DNA from: Nocardioidaceae bacterium
GTDB taxonomy: Bacteria > Actinomycetota > Actinomycetes > Propionibacteriales > Nocardioidaceae
Direction of reading: 5' to 3'
Length of the DNA stretch: 64,000 nt
NCBI GenBank assembly: GCA_035461195.1
Contig: DATHVS010000037.1
Location: 70-64,069, forward strand
Positions within the stretch are counted from its first letter, which is position 1; every line of letters starts with the position of its first letter. This document shows, one piece after another, positions 29,473 through 38,336 of the stretch. The notes beneath the pieces are model-generated. The model had not been told where the DNA came from, did not search any database, and was given only the letters and a program-made list of their open reading frames with translations. The position numbers and the translations under genes are program-made.

Positions 29473-32400
29473 GGGCATCACTCCCGACCGGTCGCTGGTA
29501 GGCGTTCTGGTAGTCGAGCACTCCGGTGACGGCGCGCGAGAGCGCCGACTCGAGGTCCTCGAGCAGGGCCTGGGCCCCTACGGTGCTGCCGGCGTCGCCG
29601 AGCATCTCGAGCTCGTGCGCGAGGTGGCCGACCACGGGTAGGCCGAGGTTGAGGGCGCTGCCCTTGAGCCGGTGCGCGGCCGCGGTGAGCGCCGCGGGGT
29701 CCCGGGCCGCGGTGGCCGACCCGATCGCGTGGGCTGACTCGGTTGCCCGGGCGACGAAGTTCGCGATCGCCTTGTCGAGGTAGCCGGTGCCGCCGGGGTC
29801 GAGGTCGCGGAGCATGTCGAGCCGGTCGAGATCGAGGACCCCATCGCGCACTCCCGACTCGGGCAGGACCCCGGGCCGGTCTCCTGAGCCGCCGCCCAGT
29901 CGGCGCCGCAGCATCGCCCCGAGGGCCTCGGGGTTCACGGGCTTGGTGAGGAAGTCGTCCATGCCGGCGGCGAGACACTTCTCCCGCTCGCCCTCGACCG
30001 CGGCGGCGGTCATCGCGAGGATCGGGATGCGCTGACCCTCCGGCTCGAGGTCGCGGATCGCCCGGGCCGCCGCGTAGCCGTCCATGCGCGGCATCTGCAC
30101 GTCCATCAGCACTCCGGCGTACCCGCCCCGCTTCCACGCCTCAACCGCTTCCACCCCGTCGTCGGCGGTGTCCGCCGCGTAGCCGAGCGTCTCGAGGATG
30201 CCGAGCGCGACGAGCTGGTTGACGGGGTTGTCCTCCACCACGAGCAGTCGCGGCCGGTCCGAGCCCCCCGTCGACTCGCCCCGGGCGGCCGCGTCGGAGG
30301 GGGTACGTCGACGGACGTGCTCCTCGCCGTCGAAGGCCCGCAGCAGCGCGTCGACCACGTCGCCGGCGAGGACCGGCTTGGTCAGGCACTCCACGATGCC
30401 TGCCGCGAGGAGCTCCTCCCCGCCCGGCTCTGCGGAGGAGGTGAGCATGATCAGCGGGGTCCGTGCGAGGTCCTGGTCCGCCCGGACCATCGCAGCGAGC
30501 TGCATGCCGTCGTACTCCGGCATGGCCATGTCGAGCAGCACCGCGTCGAACCGCTCCCCGGAGCAGGCCGCTTTGCGCATGGTCTCCAGCGCACGAAGCG
30601 CCCCGGGCGCGGTGGCGGATCGCACGTCCCAGCGACTGAGGTGCTCGCTGAGGATGAGCCGGTTGTTCGCGTTGTCGTCCACGACGAGCACCCGTCGCCC
30701 GGCGAGCACGTCGCGCTGCCGGATCTCGTCGCTGCCGGTGGGCCGGGTCCCCGCGGACCGGAAGCACGCGGTGAACCAGAACGCCGCCCCCTGGCCGAGG
30801 GTGCTCTCCACGCCGATCTCGCCGTCCAGGGCGGCCACGATCTCGCTCGAGATGGCCAGCCCGAGGCCGGTGCCGCCGTACTGGCGGGTCGTCGAGGCGT
30901 CGGCCTGGGAGAACGGTTCGAAGATGTGGTCGGCCTTGTCGGGGTCGACGCCCACACCGGTGTCGACGACCTCGACCCGCAGCACGGTCGTTCCGGACGG
31001 CCCCGGCTCGGCGGTGGCCCGCACGAACACCTCCCCCTCCTCGGTGAACTTCACCGCGTTCGAGCCGAGGTTGGTCATCACCTGTGCGAGGCGGGTGGGG
31101 TCGCCGTTGAGGAGCTCCGGCACGTCGGGGTGGCAGGAGACGAGCAGCTCGAGACCCTTGCTGCGGGCGCTCTCGGCGAGGACGCTGGCCACCTGGTCGA
31201 AGACCGCGCGCACCTCGAAGTCGACGTTCTCGAGCTCGAGCTTGCCGGCCTCGATCTTGGAGAAGTCGAGGATGTCGTTGATCACCCCGAGCAGCGACCG
31301 GCTGGCGATCTGGGCCCCTGCGGCGAGCCGCTGCTGGTGCGGGTCGAGGTCGGTGCGCAGCAGCAGGTCGTTGAGGCCGATGACCCCGTTGAGCGGAGTG
31401 CGGATCTCGTGGCTCATCGTGGCCAGGAAGTCCGACTTCTGGCGTGAGGCCTCCATGGCCGCGTCGCGGGCCGCCGCGAGCTCCTTCGCGGCCCGCTCCC
31501 TCTCGGCGACCCGGCCGATCTGCACGGCCACCTGGTCGATCATCGCCCGGATCATCGTGTGCCGCTCGAAGGGCGCGCTCGAGGTGATCACGATGACGAC
31601 CGTGACCTCGTCGCCCAGCATGACCGGGAAGGCGATCGACGGCCGCCCCGGGTGGGTCTCCTCGTCCCAGACCTGGGTGCGCTCCCGCAGCGCCCGGGCA
31701 GCCAGGGCGCTCTCGAAGGCGACCAGCTCGGGCTGCTGCGCGTCGAGGTCGCGCTCCTCGCGGTCCAGGTGGAGCTGGACCAGGCCGTCGGGGTGCTCGC
31801 TGCTCGGCAGGAACCCACGGCCGCGCACCCAGTCGTCGTGGTGCAGCAGGAGCGGCTGGGCGACCGCAAGCAGGTCGATGAGGGTCTCGGACTCGTTGGC
31901 CGCGGTCGCCATCACCTGCATGAGGGTGTTCTGGGCGACGAGGTCACGCAGGACCAGCTCGGACTCCTTGGCGTCGGTGACGTCCTGGTGGGTGCCGCGC
32001 GCACGGACCGGGACCCCCTCGTCGTCACGGAAGACCTCGCCCCGCCCCCGCATCCACGTGGGCTCCCCGTTGCGCGTCACACGGACCACGAAGTCGAACT
32101 CGTCGGCCCCCTCGAGCGCGGCGGCGACGGCCTCGTCGACGATGTGACGGTCGTCGGGATGGACCGTCGCCAGGAACGCCGGGTACGTGTGGCCGAGCTC
32201 CTCCTGCGGCAGGTCGTGGAGCGCGTGCAACCCGTCGGAGACGGTGATGACGTCGTCGACGATGTCCCACTCGTAGCTGCCGATGTTGGCGATGCGTTGC
32301 GCCTCTGCGAGCATCAGCCGGCTGTGGCTGAGCTCGTCGAAGAGCCGGCGGCGCTCGGAGTAGTCGGTGACCCGGTGGAGGAAGCCCGAGACGTTGCCGT

Positions 32401-32710
32401 CCGCGTCGTACAGCGTGCTCTCACGGACCAGCACCCACAGCTGCTCGCCGCTCTTGCGGACCCACAGGCACTCGACCTCGTGCGGGTGCACCTGCCCGCG
32501 GGCCAGGTCGCGCAGGTGGTCGGTGAACTGGCGCCGGCCGTCCTCGTCGAGGGCGTCGAAGACGGTGAGGTCCGCCAGCTCGGCCGGTGCGCGCCCGAGG
32601 AGCTCGGCGATGCGCCGGTTCGCGTAGAGGGTGCACCCTTCGGCGTCGATCACCCAGATGCCGTCGAGGGACGTCTCGACGATGTCGCGGTACAACGTCC
32701 CCAAGTCCAT
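29462..32710 (-). CDS. Cytoplasmic hybrid histidine kinase PAS-PAS-GAF-HisKA-HATPase-REC-REC-Hpt
   Basis: FLATMSHEIRTPLNG, NAVKFT, DTGVG, FSQAD, GGTGLGL; LLDMAMP and LMDVQMP receivers; AHRLKGSA Hpt. Confidence 0.92.
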   Translation of the reverse strand: MDLGTLYRDIVETSLDGIWVIDAEGCTLYANRRIAELLGRAPAELADLTVFDALDEDGRRQFTDHLRDLARGQVHPHEVECLWVRKSGEQLWVLVRESTLYDADGNVSGFLHRVTDYSERRRLFDELSHSRLMLAEAQRIANIGSYEWDIVDDVITVSDGLHALHDLPQEELGHTYPAFLATVHPDDRHIVDEAVAAALEGADEFDFVVRVTRNGEPTWMRGRGEVFRDDEGVPVRARGTHQDVTDAKESELVLRDLVAQNTLMQVMATAANESETLIDLLAVAQPLLLHHDDWVRGRGFLPSSEHPDGLVQLHLDREERDLDAQQPELVAFESALAARALRERTQVWDEETHPGRPSIAFPVMLGDEVTVVIVITSSAPFERHTMIRAMIDQVAVQIGRVAERERAAKELAAARDAAMEASRQKSDFLATMSHEIRTPLNGVIGLNDLLLRTDLDPHQQRLAAGAQIASRSLLGVINDILDFSKIEAGKLELENVDFEVRAVFDQVASVLAESARSKGLELLVSCHPDVPELLNGDPTRLAQVMTNLGSNAVKFTEEGEVFVRATAEPGPSGTTVLRVEVVDTGVGVDPDKADHIFEPFSQADASTTRQYGGTGLGLAISSEIVAALDGEIGVESTLGQGAAFWFTACFRSAGTRPTGSDEIRQRDVLAGRRVLVVDDNANNRLILSEHLSRWDVRSATAPGALRALETMRKAACSGERFDAVLLDMAMPEYDGMQLAAMVRADQDLARTPLIMLTSSAEPGGEELLAAGIVECLTKPVLAGDVVDALLRAFDGEEHVRRRTPSDAAARGESTGGSDRPRLLVVEDNPVNQLVALGILETLGYAADTADDGVEAVEAWKRGGYAGVLMDVQMPRMDGYAAARAIRDLEPEGQRIPILAMTAAAVEGEREKCLAAGMDDFLTKPVNPEALGAMLRRRLGGGSGDRPGVLPESGVRDGVLDLDRLDMLRDLDPGGTGYLDKAIANFVARATESAHAIGSATAARDPAALTAAAHRLKGSALNLGLPVVGHLAHELEMLGDAGSTVGAQALLEDLESALSRAVTGVLDYQNAYQRPVGSDAHAH

Positions 32711-32763
32711 CCAGGCCTCCTGCGGCAAAGGCTACGGGCGGCTCTGCGCCTTCTGCACAGGTT

Positions 32764-33612
32764 TCACCCGATTCCCGGCATCGGGACCGCGTTGCCGGAG
32801 ACCGCGATCCCCGTCTCCGTGCCGGCCGGCACGTCCACGAGGAGCGTGCTCGGACGGCCCATCTCGTGACCCTGGTGCACCGTGACCCGCACCGGCGGCT
32901 CGACGAGGCCGAGTGCACGCAGGTAGCCACCCAGCGCGGCGGCGGCCGCCCCGGTGGCCGGGTCCTCCACGACCCCACCGGGAGGGAACGCGTTGCGGGA
33001 GCGGAAGGTCGTCCCCGACTCACGCCACACCACGTTGACCGTGGTCCAGCCACGCTCCGCGGTGAGCTCGTCGAGGCTCGCGAAGTCGTAGGACATGGCC
33101 TCCATCGCCGACCGGTCGCTCACCGCGATGACCGGGTGCTGGGCGCCCGCGTAGGTGACGTGGGGAGGCAGGTCCCCGTCGAGGACGGTATGGGGCCAGC
33201 CGAGGATCCGCAGCAGCCGGTCGACGTCGGCGGAGTCGAGCGGGTCGACGCGCGGGCGGACGCTGGTCAACGTCGCGGTCAGCTGTCCGTCGGCGCCTCG
33301 CCTGGTCTCCACCGGAACCTCCCCTGCTGCCGTCTGGAGGACCCGCTCCCCCTCCCCGTGCCGCTCGGCGTGAGCGACCGCGGCAGCGATGGTCGCGTGA
33401 CCGCAGAAGGGCACCTCGGCCCGGGGGCTGAAGTAGCGCATGTCCAACCCTCCGTCGGGACGAGGAGCCAAGAACGCGGTCTCCGAGTAGCCGACCTCGG
33501 TCGCGATCAGCTGCATCTCCTCGGGCGTCAGGCTCGAGCTGTCCAGCACGACACCGGCCGGGTTGCCGCCGTCCGGGTCCGTGCTGAAGGCGGTGTAGCG
33601 CAGGATCTCCAT
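32764..33612 (-). CDS. PhzF family isomerase/epimerase
   Basis: AF...GGNPAGV, YSETAF, EVPFCGHAT, EDPATG. Confidence 0.92.
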   Translation of the reverse strand: MEILRYTAFSTDPDGGNPAGVVLDSSSLTPEEMQLIATEVGYSETAFLAPRPDGGLDMRYFSPRAEVPFCGHATIAAAVAHAERHGEGERVLQTAAGEVPVETRRGADGQLTATLTSVRPRVDPLDSADVDRLLRILGWPHTVLDGDLPPHVTYAGAQHPVIAVSDRSAMEAMSYDFASLDELTAERGWTTVNVVWRESGTTFRSRNAFPPGGVVEDPATGAAAAALGGYLRALGLVEPPVRVTVHQGHEMGRPSTLLVDVPAGTETGIAVSGNAVPMPGIG

Positions 33613-33658
33613 GCCTCCCATCCTGCGCCGGGAAACCGGCAACGGTCGAGCGAGCTGC

Positions 33659-34174
33659 TCACGGCGCCGGGAGGGGGTTCGGCTGCCCCACCCCGCGGAC
33701 AATGGCCTGCGCCCAGCGGTCGACCTCGTCCCAGTCGCGGAAGTCCCCCTCGGGCAGCGACCTCCGAGCTCGCGGCAGGCCTCGGAGCAGCCTCTCCCGG
33801 AAGGTCAGCTGCCCCACCTCGAGCGCCCCGCGGAAGACAACGTGTCCGCGCGGCGCTGCTGCCTGCTCCAGCTCGGGTAGCTCGGCAGGGGCGACAGCCG
33901 CCTCCGAGCCGAGGGGACCGCTGCTGAACAGCCACACGGGCCGCGCCGCGAGTGCCTCCCGGTTGCCGCGGACGAAGCCAGTCGCCTCCGCCAGCCAGCG
34001 CCTGCGGTAGAGGGCGCTGCCCACGACCACCGCGTCGTACGCAGCGAGGTCGCCCACCTCCCCGACGGGCAGCACGTCGACGGCGTGGCCGGCGCGCTCG
34101 AGCACCCGGGCCACGACGGTGGCGATCACCTGGGTGGCCCCGTGCCGGCTCGCGTGGGCGACGAGGATGCGCAT
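33659..34174 (-). CDS. Flavodoxin-domain protein (HemG-like)
   Basis: ILVAHASRHGAT, YDAVVVGS, WLFSSGP, DFRDWDEV..WA. Confidence 0.88.
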   Translation of the reverse strand: MRILVAHASRHGATQVIATVVARVLERAGHAVDVLPVGEVGDLAAYDAVVVGSALYRRRWLAEATGFVRGNREALAARPVWLFSSGPLGSEAAVAPAELPELEQAAAPRGHVVFRGALEVGQLTFRERLLRGLPRARRSLPEGDFRDWDEVDRWAQAIVRGVGQPNPLPAP

Positions 34175-34344
34175 CTGCACCACCTCTCGCCCCAAGCGTG
34201 CTCGGTCGAGCCGTCGCGGCCCAGGGGCAAAGGCCCCGAACCGGTCAACACGTGCGCCGATCGTGGCCGGTGTGCGCGAGCCGCGATCGCGGTCCGCACC
34301 CCCCGGTGGCCCGCACGGTCGTGACCCCGAGCGGTGACCTCACC

Positions 34345-35149
34345 TCACCCGACGAGGAAGCGCCGGACCTCGTCGGCCACCCGGGCGTCCTGCCCCAGGA
34401 GGACGTGCCCGCCGGACTCGCAGACGAGGACCTCCGCGGCGGGGAGCCGCCGAGCCGAGTAGCGCACGACGTCGGCGGTCAAGTAGGGGTCGTCCTCGGC
34501 GGAGACGAGCAGCACCGGCATTCGCAGCTCCTCGATGGGCAGGTCCGGGGCGATCGGCGTGGTCGTGCCCCCGTCATGGGCCAGACCGACGTGACGCAGC
34601 TTCGCCGGGAAGAACCAGCCGACGAACTTCGCGCGGTCCTCGGTAGTGACCTGGCGGTCGAGAGCACGGGGAACTCCAGCAACCCAGACGATGAGCCCCG
34701 GCGCGAGACGTCCGACAGCCCAGACCAGGAGGTCCGAACCGAGCAGATGGTCCATGACGAAGTCGGGTGGGCCGGCGTCGGGTGGGCCGGGCGAGGGCGG
34801 GAGGTAGAGCGCCGGGGTGATCAGCACGAGCGCCCGAACTCGCTCGGGGTGACGCAGGGCCAAGCGGGTCGCTGGTTGGGCCCCGGCCGAGACGGCGACG
34901 GTCGCGACCTCGAGAGCCTCAAGCAGAGCCGCGAGGGCATCGGCCTGGTCGTCCAGAGACGCGTCGGTCGGCATGGCGTGCCGAGGTACCCGAACCTCGA
35001 CGGGGCGATGACGTGGAAGTCGTCCCCCAGGACGCCGCTCCTACCCGCAGCCCCATGTCGAAGCCACCGGCGGCGCCGTGGACCACGAGGACCGGCGGTC
35101 CGTGGCCCGCCTCCGCGACCTCGACAAGGCCGGACCTGGTGTGCACCAA
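34345..35149 (-). pseudogene. Alpha/beta hydrolase remnant, two frameshifts and 5' truncation
   Basis: VLVVHGAAGGFD (frame A), HVIAPSRFGYLGTP (frame B), MPTDASLDDQADA..VSAG..SGGH (frame C); shifts near 35040 and 34975. Confidence 0.75.
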
Positions 35150-35158
35150 TGCGACGAG

Positions 35159-36073
35159 TCAGCGTGGGGTGAGCTCGGTCGCCGTCACCGTGAGCCGGTG
35201 CCACTCGAGGACGGCGTCCTCCACGCACCCGACGAAACGGTTCTGGGCGTCCTCGTCGAGGAGTGGCGACACCCTGAGCGTGGTTGCCTCCCCTGGCCCC
35301 GTCTGCACACCGCGGAACCGGACATGGGTGCCGGAGTTCAGGGTGCAGTAGCGGCCCACCGTCTCGACGACAGCGATGTCGGTCGTGGTCGGGCCGCGAT
35401 TGTCGACCACCACGGTCATCGTGGTCACTCCCGACCCGATCGGCTCCGACCAGTAGTGGCTGAGGAGGTAGAGACCCCCCACGGCCAGACCGGCCACCGC
35501 TGCACCCGCGACCACCAGGGCGAGCAGGGTCGTCCCCGGCCGACGGCCCAGGACCTCGCGGGCGGTCGGCCGGGCCGCGTCGAGGGTGGCGCCGGCAGAT
35601 CCGCGGTGCCGAAGTGCGGCGACCTGCTCGACTCCCCCGGCGACCGCCGAGATCACGATCCCCGCCGCGAGGAAGACCGGGATGAACACGCTCTGGTCCG
35701 GAGACTCCCACGCCACCAGTGCCAGGAGCACCGCCCCGAGTGCATGGGTGGCGGTCGGCGTGGCGAGCCAGGGGAAGTCGGGTCGCGGCTCAAGGTCAGG
35801 GGTCGGGGTGTCGGTGAGGGAAGGGACAGCTGGGGCGGTTGGCGGGACCTTGAGTGCGAGGAGGACCTCCTCGACCCTTCGCTCGAGCCGCCGCAGCCGT
35901 CCCAGCACCAGGAACGTCCCTCCGACGACCAGCGCGGAGACGAGGGCCAGCCCCGCGATGCCGGACCTGCTCCACTCCCAGTTCGCCAGGTAGTAGATGA
36001 AGTGGACGCCCGCGACCACGACGACCGCGGCGAGGGTGATCCACAGCACCGCGCGGGCCACCAGTCTGGTCAC
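35159..36073 (-). CDS. Hypothetical multi-pass membrane protein
   Basis: About 5 hydrophobic segments plus C-terminal soluble domain with two Cys; GTGA overlap with upstream gene. Confidence 0.7.
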   Translation of the reverse strand: MTRLVARAVLWITLAAVVVVAGVHFIYYLANWEWSRSGIAGLALVSALVVGGTFLVLGRLRRLERRVEEVLLALKVPPTAPAVPSLTDTPTPDLEPRPDFPWLATPTATHALGAVLLALVAWESPDQSVFIPVFLAAGIVISAVAGGVEQVAALRHRGSAGATLDAARPTAREVLGRRPGTTLLALVVAGAAVAGLAVGGLYLLSHYWSEPIGSGVTTMTVVVDNRGPTTTDIAVVETVGRYCTLNSGTHVRFRGVQTGPGEATTLRVSPLLDEDAQNRFVGCVEDAVLEWHRLTVTATELTPR

Positions 36074-38166
36074 GGCTCCTCCTCTCCGGCGAGGCGTACC
36101 TCCCCGGTCCCTCCGTCGACGACCATCCGCGACCCCGCCGGGAATCGGTTGAGCGCATCGTGGACGGCGACCACGGTGGGCACGCCGTACTCCCGGGCGA
36201 GGATTGCCAGGTGCGACAGGCTCGCCCCGGTCTCCGCCACCAGCCCGGCCAGCCCCGGGAGCCACCCGGCCAGACCCGGCTCGAGGGTGCGTACGACGAG
36301 CACGTCACCCGGCGAGGGAGGCCGCCGCACCGAGCCGTGACGGACCGTCCCCATTCCACGACCTCCGCCGGCCGGCGTACCGAACCCCGGGGTGACCCGG
36401 GGACGGCCGACCGGCACCGGCTCGCCGTCCGCTCCGAGTCGGAACTGCGCGGGGAGCGGTGCGCTGAACGCGAGCCGGACCTCTCGGACGCGACGCTCGT
36501 CGATCACCGCCGGTGGCTCGGTGGCGACGAGCAGCGGTCTCAGCTCGTCGAGGTGGAGCAGTCCGACCTGGGTGTGGTGCTCGAGCAGTCCCCGTGCCTT
36601 GAGCCGACGGCCGAGGTCGTTGGCGGCACGCACCGTCAGCTCCTGGACCCACCGGGCACGCAACCGGACCTGCTCCCGCTCGCCGAGGGCAGTCGGCGGC
36701 TTGACCCCGGTCACCTGGGGCGCTGGCGGAAGCTCGATCCCCTCGCGCATGGACGGAGGGACCAGCGCCAGCAGCACGGGATGGTGCCGGACCAGCTCTT
36801 CTCGGGACAGGTGCGGGTCCGCCGAGCCCAGAACCCTCAGTGCGAGCGCCCCTGCAGTGGTCTCGGCAGGTGGAAGGAGCGTTCCGGCGAGAGCCTCGTC
36901 GTGGTGCAGCCGGCGAAGCAGCTCGACCGCCTCCTCCAGCGTGGCGACCAGCCCCAGCTCGTCCGACCCTCGCAGGTCGACCCCGGACAGCCAGCGGTCG
37001 GTCTCGGCCACCAACGCTGCCACCCGGCCGGGCAGCTCGGCCCGGAGCGAGCCGGTGCGCCAGGCCACCCTCAGCTGCCGGACCGCCGGGCGCGGGTCGA
37101 GCGGGCCGAGCGGTCTGCGCGTGCGCACGTAGCCGAAGAGCTCGAGGTCGGCGGCCACCCGACCGTGGACGGTGATGAGCACCGGTGAGCCGGCGACCCT
37201 GGCCTTTGGCACCGCCCCCGTCCCGTGCATCGCGTCCACGACGCCCTCGCGGAGCGGCCGGACCCACAGGTCCACCTCGAGCTCGCCGAGCGGGTCGGGG
37301 AAGGTCTCACCGAGCGGCCCGGGCCCGAGGACCGGGCCTGTCGTGGGGGCGGCCTGGGCGGTGGCCGTCACCGGTCGGCTCTGGAGCAGCCACAGGTCCC
37401 CGCCCTCGTCGATCGCCCACTCCATGTCCTGGGGCACCCCGAAGACGCGCTCGGTGCGCCGCGCCAGCGCCGCCAGGGAGAGGACGTCACCGGGGCCGAG
37501 CAGGCGGCGGGCGTGGTCGTGGAGCCCGAGGCGGTACACCGACCTGTGGTCGAGACTGATGAGCCGGCCGCGGCGGCTCACGACGTAGTGCTGTGCGGTG
37601 ACCTGCCCACTCACGAGCTTGTCCGGGCCGCCGCTCACGGCCTCGACGACGATGTTGGCCCGCTCCCCCGTGACCGGGTCGACCCCGAACATCACCCCGG
37701 AACGGTTCGGCTCGATGTGCCTCTGGACGAGAACACCCATGGGGCTCGGGGTCGGGCCAGTGCCTACCTCGTCGGCAGAAGCCCACACGGCGGTCACGGC
37801 GGCGAGGAAGCCGGCGCGGTCCCGCACGTCGAGGACGGTGCGGAAGCGTCCGGCCATCGAGCTGGCCGCCACGTCCTCGACGGTGGAGGAGGAACGGACG
37901 ATGACCGGGTGCCGGCCCCGCTCGGTGAAGTCGGCCCAGGCGTCCTCGAGGGCACCGGTGGTCGAGGAGGTCAGGGTCCGACCTGCGCGGAGGTAATCCT
38001 CGTGGGCTCGGGTCGTCACCACGAAGCCCGGGATCACGGGCAGACCGTCCCGGCAGGCTGACGCGATGCTTGCCGCCTTGGAGCCGCTCACCCCTGGGTC
38101 GAGGGCGCTGTCCTCGGCGAGCGCGCAGACGTGGTGCACCTGCATCGCCTCTGACGTCACGGCCAT
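36070..38166 (-). CDS. PEP/pyruvate-binding (ATP-grasp) plus His-swivel phosphotransferase (RPH/PPDK-like)
   Basis: GSKAA, VRSSS..ED...SMAG.F, SGVMFG.DP, DMEWA..LQSRPVT; C-terminal ETGASLSHLAILAREYGVP. Confidence 0.85.
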   Translation of the reverse strand: MAVTSEAMQVHHVCALAEDSALDPGVSGSKAASIASACRDGLPVIPGFVVTTRAHEDYLRAGRTLTSSTTGALEDAWADFTERGRHPVIVRSSSTVEDVAASSMAGRFRTVLDVRDRAGFLAAVTAVWASADEVGTGPTPSPMGVLVQRHIEPNRSGVMFGVDPVTGERANIVVEAVSGGPDKLVSGQVTAQHYVVSRRGRLISLDHRSVYRLGLHDHARRLLGPGDVLSLAALARRTERVFGVPQDMEWAIDEGGDLWLLQSRPVTATAQAAPTTGPVLGPGPLGETFPDPLGELEVDLWVRPLREGVVDAMHGTGAVPKARVAGSPVLITVHGRVAADLELFGYVRTRRPLGPLDPRPAVRQLRVAWRTGSLRAELPGRVAALVAETDRWLSGVDLRGSDELGLVATLEEAVELLRRLHHDEALAGTLLPPAETTAGALALRVLGSADPHLSREELVRHHPVLLALVPPSMREGIELPPAPQVTGVKPPTALGEREQVRLRARWVQELTVRAANDLGRRLKARGLLEHHTQVGLLHLDELRPLLVATEPPAVIDERRVREVRLAFSAPLPAQFRLGADGEPVPVGRPRVTPGFGTPAGGGRGMGTVRHGSVRRPPSPGDVLVVRTLEPGLAGWLPGLAGLVAETGASLSHLAILAREYGVPTVVAVHDALNRFPAGSRMVVDGGTGEVRLAGEEEP

Positions 38167-38336
38167 AGAACTGACCTCTCGCAGCCTTTGCTGCCGTCCA
38201 GTCTTCTGCGTGGGGGCAGCGTTTCCCAGGGCCGTAGGTCACGGGCTCGGCTGGTCCGCCCACGCCCCTCCCAGGGACCATCGGCCCCTTCCCGGGCCCC
38301 TCCCGACGCAGGAGAGTGGAAGGGAGGAGCAGCCCC

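Noticed and set aside
32764-33612. Phenazine or other biosynthetic cluster from PhzF, FAD monooxygenases and DrrAB
   Set aside because: No core synthase genes; these families are common stand-alone genes
36070-38166. Calling it rifampin phosphotransferase (resistance gene)
   Set aside because: Shorter than RPH, no recognisable rifamycin-associated element; only the architecture is shared
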